This document shows positions 41,072 to 53,290 of a DNA stretch of 64,000 nt, piece after piece; within the stretch, counting starts at the first letter, position 1; every line of letters starts with the position of its first letter. The DNA lies in the NCBI GenBank assembly GCA_002269645.1, contig NIVC01000854.1, positions 186,001-250,000 of the forward strand, given 5' to 3'. Origin of the DNA: Macrostomum lignano. Lineage: Eukaryota. The notes under the pieces were generated by a model, which saw only the letters and a list, made by a program, of their open reading frames with translations, was not told the DNA's origin and made no database searches. The position numbers and the translations under genes are program-made.

Positions 41072-43070
41072 TGTTGTTTGATTGACAGGATACTGACTGT
41101 TGCTAAGCGGGATTAAATAACATGCATTTAAGCCTGAGTTTAATAATTTCTGTTTTTTTACTATGGAAATTTATTTATCAAATAAAATTAAGTAACACTA
41201 TATTGTTGATGCTTGAAGTCTTAACATTAAAGTTCTGCTACTGCAGACATGGCACATAACAATAACCTTGCCTATGACTATGGTAGAACATGAATACAAT
41301 ATATGATTTAGAGTCTAAACTGTGATACGAGGGTCGCCCCAGAAGTGCTCTGTATTGCATTTTTAAGCCTGATCATAAAATTTCAGATAACAAAACCCAT
41401 CGCCTTGAGCACAATTGCATAATTTGGGAGGCACTTATGTATCAACTGGCTGTGCAGCTAAGTCAAGTACCTACACATCATCTTCTATGCAAGTTTCAGT
41501 CACCGTTCATAATTTTCATATAGACTCAGAAAGGATAGATGCAGTGCAGCTTAGTCAATTCTTGCTTCACACAACCCTAATTTTAAAGAGGACCAATATG
41601 CTAATGTTTTATAGCTAGGTAAAGAGCTATCAGGCAAATTAAATTGGCTAAGATGAAGGCCAAAGCATCTATGGCCTATAAAATATACAGCTCAGCTAAA
41701 AATAAGTTCACACTCCAAACTTTGCTAACCAACAAAAATACCAACATATCTATCTTATCCCTTTACATTGTTGAGTCTAGCATGAGTATGGTTAATTATG
41801 GAATATGGAGAAAAATATTGTTTGGTGAAGTATGAAAATTTATTTTTATATGTTTTTATTGTTCAATATTTGTTAATTTATTTGCAGAATAAAAATCATC
41901 TAATTTTTTTCTAACTTTATAATTTTTGGCCTATGCTATTAGAATTTTTATTAGAGTTCCAGAAACATCTTGAGTAGTCTTGAATAGTGCCCAAATACAG
42001 TGCGCTGCAGATGTTTTTTTATAGAATTTTGTAGCTCCAAGAAAGCTTAAGGCTTTTTATTTTCAGGTTAAACAATAGTTTTGCTTCCACTGCCACTGAG
42101 TGCTAAGTCCCATTTTTTACATTGTTTTGCCTGCTCACTGCCTCTTGTATCTTCAAACTTTAAGAAAATTTTTGCAACAGGTGAGTGCATAAAGTGGCTT
42201 TGGAATTCTGAGGCCATTCTTCTCTGCTGGCCTTAGCAACATTCTTAGTGAGTGATAAGCTGCCTGTTGGGTGTTGAGAGTGATTGAGTGAACAGATATC
42301 AATACTAGTTACACATAGCTTTTGCTTAGCAGAATTTGTGGGTTGTTTAAAGTGGGCTTTGTGTTGCATGACTGCAAGCTGCTTGAAGTAGCTTCTCTAC
42401 TAACTCTTTCCTAGCTTTTTTGTGCAATGGGAAGCTTTGCCCCACGTTGCATATTTCATGTGAAACAATTTTCTTTAAAAATATCATCTGAAGGTTGCCA
42501 GCTACATTGCTACAAGTGTGTTAGCTATAGAAGGGGTGCTAGCTATAGCTGCAGCTGTAGCTAACTAGTTACATCTCATCATAGAATGAGTGCAATCCAT
42601 TTTGGTTTTAATAAAACTGATGAAAATAGTGAACTTGTTAAATTAAAGAAATCAAAGATGAAAAACTTGCAATGCAATTTAAGAAAAGGCTTTTGATGTC
42701 CACTAAGTCCAATTGTACCCCCATATATTGAGACATGCAAGTGGTTATTATTGATTGCCTTGGTATAATAGAAGATATGCCTACAGAAGCTAAAGTGCTA
42801 TCTAAAGTTATGAAGCCTACTACATCTATTGGTCTTTTGCCTTTAATTCAAACACCTTATGAGTGAGTAATCAAAATATAGACTTTTTGATTTTACTTTA
42901 GCAAATTGCATTCGTGGTAAATACTTATATTAATGCTACTAACAATAGTTAATGTCATTCAATGTTTTGCATTTAGCGAAGCCCACATTCTAAGCATTTC
43001 AGGTATCAGAACTCTTTGTCATGCTGTAAAGAATTGAGATAAACCAATCACAAATGATTGGTATATTGCA

Positions 43071-43366
43071 CATACATGCGCAACAGTCGGCCGAGTCGGC
43101 CGATCCGGCCGACTGATTTGGCAGCCAACCAAGGAAGTCGCAAAAATGCCCACCCAAAAAATACCCACGCAGTAGTACTAAGTAGCTGACGAGGCATTTT
43201 TGCCTGATAAGACAGTCATAGTTACTCCCGCCGTTTACCCAAAGTTGCGTTAATTTGCTTTAGGGTTTTTTTACATGTAAGTCGCATTTTTGGCCAAAAA
43301 CTACGTCGCATTTTTGTTAAAACTAAGTCGCACGGCCGACCGAATTTTGGACGTTGCGCATGTATG
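43071..43366. mobile_element. hAT-type MITE, copy 1
   Basis: Perfect 14-bp TIR CATACATGCGCAAC / GTTGCGCATGTATG; 8-bp TSD ATATTGCA. Confidence 0.92.
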
Positions 43367-43523
43367 ATATTGCAGAAACTAATTTCAAGTTAGTTTTACC
43401 AATGTTGATCTGCAAGTGCTAGCTGATGATATGAGCCAGACTGCCTCTAGTAAGTGATAAAGTCAAAGAACAAAGTTTTTAGTCATCTTTAGTAATAGCA
43501 CATATAGGTTGCCAACTTCCTAT

Positions 43524-44530
43524 TTTTTTATTAGAGACAGGGGGTTGTGTGCACCCTGGCACACTTTAAGCAACAAAGGCACACAACCGGCGAGAGGCAT
43601 TACTGCCCATTCCACTGACTCCCCTAAGTAGGCATACAAGCACGCGGATACGTAGCACGCGAAGGCATATTCAGCATGCCAGTGAAGTATGAGACAGACT
43701 AGGCCTACGAGCTAAGGTCTGCGATGCTTCACGCCTGCCCCTATCTTTAGCAGGTCAAGGCTAGTGGGAGGTCTGCACCCTCTATTTGCCTCTGGCAGCC
43801 GCAGACTCTCCCACGCTGTCTCGCAAGTTGACCCAGGGGTACTCGTCCCCGCGTGTGTTCAAGGCAGACCCTAGGGCTACTGGACAGATTGGGCTCCGGC
43901 GCTGGCAACCCTATCCAGTGGCTTTGGCCAAATTTGGGTATGCGGGTCTGGCTTGCCAGCTTGCAGGCCATGGTACTGCTTAATGTACCCTCTAATGCCT
44001 AAGGTATTTGACCGTGCCGATGGGCTGGAAGGCCGGGGAGTAGTCTGGTTGCTAGCAGTCCTTTTTCAAACCGGCTGGCTTGAGGTGTTGGCCAGTCGGG
44101 TACTCAACTCGCATAACGAGTAGCCCTCCCCCCGCGTTTTAGCTATGGCCACTAGATAGGACCGGCAGACCTCTCTGACCAGCCCCGCGCCCTAGCCTAT
44201 GCGGGTCTTTCAGGGATTAGCGGAATGGGCAACGCTCGCCTCCCCGCTGCATCTTTGGACCACCCTGCAGCTAAGTCAAGTAAGTCAAAACGCGGATACA
44301 TACACAGGCACACACTCACATAGGAGTGTACAGTGGCCCTAACTTTATTTATCATTAGGCATGTACACTTCACTGCGCCTTGGGGGGTTGGCTCTCAAGG
44401 CTGCTAATTGCACGAGCAGAGCAAAGCCAAGATTCTAATTTAGTCCCAAATTAATGTGACTGCACTTGGAATTGAGCGTGGGTCGCTGGCACACTAGAGC
44501 TTGCGCTAGACTGCTGGGCTATGGCCCCCC
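43524..44530 (-). mobile_element. tRNA-derived SINE (family 2) interrupted by a 638-bp insertion
   Basis: 14-bp TSD TGCCAACTTCCTAT (43510-43523 and 44531-44544); homologous to 48611-48971; poly-T at the left end. Confidence 0.85.
43652..44289 (+). mobile_element. Probable 5'-truncated LINE fragment inserted in the SINE
   Basis: Flanked by a 10-bp duplication ACGCGGATAC; ends in (TAAGTCAA)x2; LACQLAGHG resembles the post-RT Q.LTGHG motif of some LINE clades. Confidence 0.5.
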
Positions 44531-47500
44531 TGCCAACTTCCTATGCTAAGTTTATTTTATGCAATAAAGATACTAAAGAATCTTAATTTCAAAATTTTAT
44601 TTTTAAATTAGACTTTGAATACAATTTTTTTTAATGCGAATAAAAATTAGCTATTTATAATATTAGAGATGCTATATATAAGCTAATAGGCTAATTTTGA
44701 TTCGCTAAATTGCATCCTAAAATTAGACCTTGTTTTTAGCTTTAGATAACATTTTATATCTTAGAACTATGACAAAACCCAGTTTTTATACTAATCCAAT
44801 TCCAATCTGCCTTTATATGACTCAATTTCAATGAACTGAGCAATGGGTATAATATAAACCAGTATTAGGCCTACAATATATGGATTTTAAAAGATTTCAA
44901 CATCATTAATTTATTTCTTTACTTATAAAAGTTCATTGGGAGAGAGGTGAGTATCTAACCTAACCATTTCCAAGCTACTTGCTATAGTTTCTAGTTTATT
45001 TTTTGCTAAATTAGCATTTTGCCTATTTCCCTAATAGGGGTCTCATGAGTCATCTAGTTCCTTGGGGCAACAAGATAAGCCACTTTCTTCCCCATGGAAG
45101 ATCACACTGCAGGACAGACTAGTAAACCATCTTGATTGGCCCCATACCTCTACTTGTCTATGGGCCTTTAATAACAATTCATATATTATATATATGTATA
45201 GATAATGGTAGATTAAATAAAAATAAAGTAAGGGGGAGTACATTAACATGCAAAATGCAAACAAGTGTAGTCTGCAATTACAAAAAACAATGAATGTATA
45301 GGCCCTAATAATGTGACACCCGAATAATAGGGCCTAGACTAAGTTCTTGAGGATCTTGTTCGGGAACAGTAACTAGTAATCATGTACCAGTATAGCCTAT
45401 GCCAAAACAAAATAGCGATTGTATGCCCAAAATATGCCAAATGGAACACATTTGTTTCCCGATTTGATTCAGATTGATATTCGAAAATTAACAAAATCTC
45501 TGCTGCAAAAATGTAAAATTGTTGCAAAATCAAAAACACAAAAAATGAAAAGTTGTTAGAAAAAATAAGAGAAAGAAAGAAAAGGAAAAGAAAGGAGAAA
45601 AAAGAAAGGGGAAAGAGGAAAGAAACAGAAAAAAGAAAAAAGGCAAGAAAAGTCAAAGTGAAAATTAAGTTGGAATCAGGGGAACTAAGGGCCTTTTCAT
45701 ATTGCTTGTTCTGGTTCCAGAACCAGAAACAATTTGTGAAGTATAACTTTTTGTCTCCATAACTAGAGGGAGATACGTGCTATAAAGTTTTTATTATTGA
45801 ATGAAGAAAGTGAAAGAGAAGAAAGTGAAAAATCGTGCAAAGTGAGGCTGTTAAGGCAGTCAAATATTAACAGAGTTTAATAGTTATACTGCTGTTTTTC
45901 TTGGAATTCCGAACCGATTCTGGTTCTGGAATTGGTAATATTGTGGTAGGCCGGTCTACCACTGGGGCTCCTGCAACGGTTGGCGACGCACGAAGCGCCT
46001 CCCCCGGTGGGATATTCTTGACGTCACTCCTGCTCCCCCGGTTGAACTGTGCGCTTTCCTTTCGTTGCCCCTACCAGTGGTCCAATAGTTGCCCCTACCC
46101 TTGGTCCCGCTTTGTTTTGCTGTATTCCTTCCGGGTTTGCCTTTTTTTTCGCCAGTGTTCCCCCCGGTGTTCCACCCAGTGTTCCCTTCGGTGTTCCCCC
46201 TATTGGATCTGTGTAATTTTTATGTATAAAACCGTTGCGTTTTACTTCTTTATCTATTATTCCTTCCCTCCTTCCCCTTCTGCTACTACTGCGATTGCTT
46301 TTGTTTATTATTTTTGCTCGCTCGCCCGCTCTCTCTCTCTGTTGGTTGTTGGTCAATTATCTCGCGTAGTAATAACAATAAGTAACGATAACAATAATAA
46401 CGAAGTCATAATTAATAAGCTCGCCAATTTTAATATTATCCATACAGTTGTTCCGAATCGAAGCCTTTAGTTTTCTATTGAGTCATTTGCCCGCGGGGCG
46501 TAAAATAACCAGTCAGTCTCAACTCAAAGGAAGCTCTGAGACCCTCAACGTTCCGTAAAACGACATTTACGGTGGTGGCAGCGCTACTTTACTACTGAGA
46601 GTAACACAACTAGCAATCTCGACGAATTACGAGTTTACGGTGTCTGAGGACCCATTCTGAACGACTCGGGCCGCTACTAGACCGCTCGACTGCGATTGCG
46701 ACTACCCTCCCCCCCGGAATTGAGGACCCGGCAGACGGAGTAACCTAGGAGAAGAATCAGAGCAGCAATTTTGTGCGATTTTCCGGCTTTACGTGCCGAC
46801 GACAAACCGAAATTTTATTTTTCCCAATTTCAAAACCCGCCCCCATTTTTATTTTCTTCTTCACCCCCACCTCAATATGAAAAGGCCCTAAGATGCATTC
46901 GGGGAGAACTTAAGTTGCAAATCTAGACACAACTAAGTTGAATCAGATGGGTGAAATTTTGAGGTTGGCCTGGTTGGGCATGTATATTCTTCAAATAAAG
47001 ATGCTAGGCCTATATAAAATTTTTTATTACTATCACGTCTAAAATTTGATTGAATAAATAACTTACTTTTTATAAAACAAGGATTAGTAGCATATCATGA
47101 TGCTATACTTGTATTGTTGTATTTTGCAAAAATGGAAGGCCAATTTTCAATTTTGATTCTGATTTTTCTAATTTAGTCTAAAGAATAAGCCTGTGTATAG
47201 AAATAATTTTTGTCTAATAGATGTGTTACAATGAGTAGAATACTTCAGGCAACTTTTAATTTGTGTGGGTCATTTTCATCATCCTATTAGGCCCCTAGTG
47301 TATTGTGCTATAGTTTTATTGTAGCTATACTTTTATAGAATTGTGAGTATATTTATTTAATGGCTAAAATTTGATAGATCTAGACCAATGGGTAATGCAT
47401 AAGACTTAATAACTTGGTTAGTACCTTTGGCTTTTCGCTGAAATTGCCAATTAGAAAATTATAATTAGCCTATAGCCTCAAAAGAGTTAAAAGTTGAAAC

Positions 47501-47959
47501 ACTTTTTGTCTTATAATTTATCACTTGTGCTATCTTGCACAAACATCAAAATGAAGAAATTAGCCTTCAATTTTTTCCCACAAATCATAAGTGTCATGTC
47601 CTAATGTACTAATAATATTAGTGATCCTTGTTAGAAAACTTGCTATTAATTGCTTAGAATGTGTCTTGCTTCAGCATTAATAGTTATCAATAATTATTTT
47701 ATTGTATGATTCTATGATGCTAAAAATGTAGCCTACTTTAACCTAAAATTAAATGTAAAAACCATATAATCTAATATTATCTCTTTTGTACCTTTGTATA
47801 ATTGTACTCATGCAAGTAATTTTGTTAAAAGTTTTGAATTTTTTTGGAAATATTTAATGTGGTATTACTATACATTGTGGAAGTCAAAAAATCACAAAGA
47901 TGCTTTACCAGGTCCTCCTTATCCTTGAAGCTGTTATTAGCCATAGACTAGCTAAGACA

Positions 47960-49060
47960 AGTGCAGCAAAAAATTAATATTCAATAGGTGCAATATCTTA
48001 GGCTATATGGTAAAGAAGAACCTCCCAACCCAGTGCCAGCTACAGCAGGTTCTCCCAGGTTAACCAAGCCTTGTAGGCCAGTGCTTTGTCATGCAGCAAG
48101 ATGACTTTGTGACATTCTGAGTGCTTCTTGGTCAAAGCCTGATGTAGACAGTCTAGTTGCTGCTGATAATAGTTGGTAATGATGATCTGGTTCTTAGGTA
48201 GCACTTCCCATATCACAATTTCTTTGGCATCCCAGAAGACAGACAGACAGCATGAGCCTCTTAGGATAAAGCCCACCCTTTGCCTTGCACTCTAGCTTCT
48301 CACTAAGGCTATACCACTGCTGCCTATAACAGACATTGAGATAAAAGTACCACTTATTGTCCCCAGTGATTATATTGTCTAGCTAGTCAGTTTGACACAA
48401 TTGACTGAGAAGAGAATGGGCAACTTCCATGTAGCTATCTAGGTCATAGACTACTAGCTTGTGTAGTATATAGCACTCAAGTTTAGCTTTCTTTTCTATC
48501 CAATGGAGTTGATCAGTGATGGTTGTCCAGTGAATGTTTAGTTGATCAGCTAACTCGCGTGTTGTCTGCCAACAGTGCCAATTCTCCATGAGGAGCACTT
48601 CTTGGACATTTTTTTATTAGAGGCAAGGGGTTGTGTGCACCCTGGCGCACTTTAGGCGACATAGACACACAACCGGCGAGAGGCATTACTGCCCATTCTG
48701 CCAACTCCCCTGAGCAGGCATACAAGCGTGCGGATATGTTACGCAGACACACACTCACACAGGAGTGTACAGCAGCCCTAACTTTATCAATTGTTAGGCA
48801 TGTACACTTCACTGTGCCTTGGGGGGGGGTTGGCTCTCAAGGCCATTAATTGCACAGGCAAGCCAAGCCGAAATTCCAACTCAGCCCCAAATTAATGTGG
48901 CTGCACTTGGAATTGAGCCTGGGTCGCGGCACACCAGAGCAGCTGCGCTACCGCTGGGCTACGCCCTCCCCCACTTCTAGGACATTGTCATTAAGTTCAG
49001 GTAGACACCCACTATGAGGTCTGTCCTCAAGGCCTAGTTTTCTATTCTAAAGTACAATTG
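47960..49060 (-). mobile_element. Mariner transposase relic, split by a SINE
   Basis: LEDRPHSGCLPELNDNVL / EN...QTTRELADQLNIHWTTI / LSVFWDAKEIVIWEVLPKNQII..YYQQQLDCL / VILLHDKA / LGWEVL / PYS..DIAP, colinear with mariner transposases. Confidence 0.85.
48611..48971 (-). mobile_element. tRNA-derived SINE (family 2), uninterrupted copy
   Basis: Head GGGGAGGGCGTAGCCCAGCGGTAGCGC...GGCTCAATTCC; A-rich tail; 15-bp TSD CACTTCT(T/A)GGACATT. Confidence 0.85.
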
Positions 49061-50887
49061 TTTACCCTATTTATTCCCATAAAAAAGTTCTAGAACATTC
49101 TAGAAAAAATTTATATTCAAATGCTAAAAAAAATTCCAAAAACTTTCTCTACAATCAGATATTTATACATGTCTTTCTTTGAAAATTTACTTGGCCTTTT
49201 GGCTTTTAACTGTTTTGACCATTTTGTGTCTTACCCATAAAAGAAACCCTAAAACAAAATTAAGTCCTATTTGACCTATTGTTCAATTACAGAACTGAGA
49301 AAGAATTAGGTAGCAAAATATAGCATAGCCAACTTACACATATAGCTGACTTTAGGTCAAAGGGCAAGGCAACCTATATGTAAAGGAAGAAGGTAGTATT
49401 GAAAGCATAATTTATGCTATAACTTAGCAAATGTCTATTTCCAAAGTAGCAAATATATATCCATGACCAAAATGCAGCAAAAACTAGTTTGCCTAGTGAA
49501 TAAAAACATATTATGGCTTTCCATTTTGTTTATCTTGTATATCATTGATGGCCAGATTGATAAAATGGCTAGCATCTTAATTAATTGGAATTTTGCCCTA
49601 TATTCTAGCAGTATCTAGCTTCTTGTGCACTATATCCTTGAATAGAGCCTGTCTAGTGCTGCCTATTGGCAATGATGCCAACTAGCTATCTAAGTGAAAG
49701 GTCAAACCTAGCAATTCTAGCAAACAAATGACTGGTCAAAGAGGAACCATAGAGTAGTGTTAAAAGTAGTGTCTATATAGACAGACCAAACACTCTGAAG
49801 CTCAATAGCATATAGAAAAAAATTACTTTATTTTACTAGATTCAACAAAATTGTTGTCAGTTTCTACTATATATTGAATGTGTAATTTTTGAAAGCCTCA
49901 GTATACTAATGCTTCAGTTCAGTTTCTTCTTAAGCACCAGTAAGATTTTATAATGAGTAGAAATAGGCAATCCTTGATCTAATAAAAAACTAAAAAACTC
50001 TAATACCTTATGCATCTATGTTATCCTTGTAAACATTAGAGCTCTTCTAGGAATAGTGACAATAGTCTCATATCAGGCCAATAGTAGAATATCTAGCCTG
50101 TAAATAGAATACACATTGTTAAAAAAAGAATATAAATCCAAAAACATATAGAGGTTCAGATACATACTTGATGCGCTTTTATTGCATATGATGCTAAGGC
50201 AAGGTGGTCAACCAGTTGATAGTAGTAGATAGCGCAGAGTTTACAATGCATTTATCTAGGCAAGCCTTAAAATGCTAGAGCTCTTGCCCAAAGTTGATAG
50301 TGTGAAATGGGAGCTAAAGAAGTGTCTATATATAAAAAGCATCTTTCAAAAAACATTGCATATTAGGACTTAAAGGAGTCAGAAGAAGTTATTAAAGAAA
50401 AACAACAATATTGGTTTATATATTTTACCACTATACAGATATAGAAACTTAGCCATGTTTTATTAGCAGTTCTATTAGATAGACATTTTTATAATAACCT
50501 TTCATGGAACTAAACCACTTGTATTCCATTACAAATATTGCCAATATCTGCTCTACTGGAGGCCAGTAGTCAGATGAACATCTTGAAGTAACAGCTAGCA
50601 GTTCTGATGTCAACCATTGCGCAATGTATTATGTTATGCATAACATCCAACAATTGTAGCTGCTGCTCCTTTTCAGACAAAAATGTAAATGTTTGACCAT
50701 GTCAAAGTAGATGTGGCAAAATTGAATTTTACTGCTTAGTAGCAATGCCATTCTTTCCTTGTTGGCTAAGAAGCCATAGCCAATGTTCTCACCAAGTTAA
50801 GATTATTGGTAAGAAGAAAACATATGAATATGAATATACATATCAAGAAACTCAAACAATTATCAAAAAGTATTATACAAGTCTTCA

Positions 50888-51185
50888 CATACATGCGCAA
50901 CAGTCGGCCGAGTCGGCCGATCCGGCCGACCGATTTGGCGGCCAATCAAGGAAGTCGCAAAAATGCCCACCCAAAAAATAACCTGAAGAGTAGTACTAAG
51001 TAGCTGACGAGGCATTTTAGCTTAATAAAACAGTTATAGTTACTCCTGCCGTTTACCCAAAGTTGCGTTAATTTTGCTTTCGGGTTTTTTTAAATGTAAG
51101 TCGCATTTTTGGCCAAAAACTACGTCGCATTTTTGTTAAAACTAAGTCGCATGGCTGACCGAATTTTGGAGGTTGCACATGTATG
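50888..51185. mobile_element. hAT-type MITE, copy 2
   Basis: Colinear with copy 1; 8-bp TSD AGTCTTCA; right TIR has a CG-to-CA change. Confidence 0.92.
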
Positions 51186-52420
51186 AGTCTTCAGAAGACT
51201 AAGGATGTATAAAATAATCTTCAGCAAGTCTGGGATGCCTCTATTTGCTTGGACTGAACTGGTGATTGTAGTGCCTTTCTCAAGGAGAAAACTGGCAAGT
51301 CTGATTGATATGAAGAAACTATCACTGAATACTTGGTAGCCTAAGCTGAAAAGATCTTGCATGAGCTCAATAACAATTCTTTCATCAGTTATGCTAAGTT
51401 CAGTGCAGTGCAGGCCCTCTCCAACCCATTGGATTTTGATGTTTTAAAGTAGGCATAAAAGGTGAAGAGTTTTGCACCTTCTGTCTCACTTTTGCCTCTA
51501 TTATGCCTATTTTGTTCCACTTGTGCATTGTGTGTTCACATGAGTGCCTCTGCAGGGTCAAAAAGTGAATTTAAGGCACAAAATAGGCAGTAGGGGCATA
51601 GGTGTCATAGGGGAATTAGGTGCATTAAAGGTGCAAAGTGTGCATTGGAGGCACAAAAGCTGAACAAAGTAGGAATTGGGTATTGGAGTGAAAGGTGAAC
51701 AAAAGTGCGCTACAGTGGAGGTGCATAAAAAGGTGTACAGTGTGCATTGGAGGTACAAAAAGTGAACAAAAGGTGCATAGTGGGCACTTTAGGTGTAGAA
51801 GCAAGGGGCATTCCAACTTGCAAAAGTTCTTTGCTACTTTTCCTCACTATTCTTTGGAAAGATTCAAAACTTTTCCTCACTAATGCAAAACTTTTTACCA
51901 TTTTTTGGACCTTTTCCTCAGTATTTGAAAGTCATTGGAACATATCAGTATAGGGAATGTTTACTTTCATGGTTTGCCAGAATCAGAAAGCTGATAGCAG
52001 CAATTAATATAGGCATAAATAAAGCTTTTTCTATAACTCAATCTGTGCCTGCAAATGTAACTCTCAGTTAATTTTTATTACTAATTCCCATTGGAAAAAT
52101 TATGCAACTTACGCAAAAGTTATGCCTACACAGGTGCATAACTTTTCCAATGGGCAAAGCAAGAATTTTTATCCAGTGTTGAATGAACTAATATGTTCCA
52201 AAGATAGCCTATTTTGGTGTGCATAAAGCAATAGGTTTTTATGGTGGTGCTTTGTGGCAGTCTTGTATAAATTGAATACGCTGATCCATTTTCTCCAGCA
52301 TTCTGACTTGGCCTCATTGAATACCATGGGCTCTGGACGTTGCAGTCCAGCTGCGTCAGACATGCCACTGTAGTTGCCACCAAAAACGACGCACAAAGCA
52401 ATTATCTAACTGTAGTCTTT
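51186..52420 (-). mobile_element. piggyBac transposase relic
   Basis: GYQVFSDSFFISIRLASFLLEKGTTITSSVQANRGIP resembles GY.LY.DNFYTS..L...L...G....GT.R.NR.G.P, and IKTYCFMHTKIGYLWN resembles IK.Y.LC.S.TGY.WN. Interrupted by a degenerate repeat at about 51480-51900; extent uncertain. Confidence 0.6.
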
Positions 52421-53290
52421 TTCCTTTGACACCATGTTGTGTGTTTGCATGTATTAGGAGTATTTGTGCTTGGCGAGACTGGGTGCAGCCATACCCCTTT
52501 ACAAGTATATTTGAGTTTGTCCATAAACAATAATGTATACATGAATAAAAAACTAAAGTGGCTGGCTGCCTCATGATTCATGACAAAGAAAAACAGGTAT
52601 AGAAATAAATCATAATTAATTCATTAATTGGATGTTTAAAAGCAACTTTTTAATTGCATAAGACAAACTATAATTTTGTTATGTCAATCTTGAAAAAATG
52701 ACATATACACAATATATTTGGCTAAGTATAAGTCTAAATATATCTAAAAATTTTCTAAGAAAAATCTAAGTACTTCTTAACTATCTACTGGTAGTATTCT
52801 TATTCTGTACTGGATGGTCTATTACTGGCCTAGAATTTCTTATATGTGCTTTTTAGAATAACTATTCTTATAAATATGCCTTAGTAGTTATCTAGGTATT
52901 CAACCATTCAGACTTCAGTCCTTAATATTAAGATTTGAGGGTGATAGCTGTCTTAATGCTGTAATATATATATATATATATATCTGAGTTATACTTTGTT
53001 TCACTTTGGTTTCTTTTTCAATATTCTACTTATCAGTAGTATATATAGTATGTTTTTCTTCCACTCTGCTCTTCCAAAAAATGAACTGACTTGAACATAG
53101 TTCTCAATAGTAGAAGTAGGCCTTTAATTATCAAGTTGGTCACTCACTAAGTTGCTTTGATCTTGGCGAAATTCACATCTCGCTGATGTGACAGTTTCTA
53201 GTTTTTTTAAGAATAAGATTAAGCTAAAAAATGAATGAGCTAGCAATATGATAATATAATATATAATTTTGCTACTTACTTGATTACTTG

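Noticed and set aside
45901-46470. 189-aa and 110-aa overlapping ORFs in the CpG island
   Set aside because: No gag zinc knuckle or other motif; low-complexity composition.
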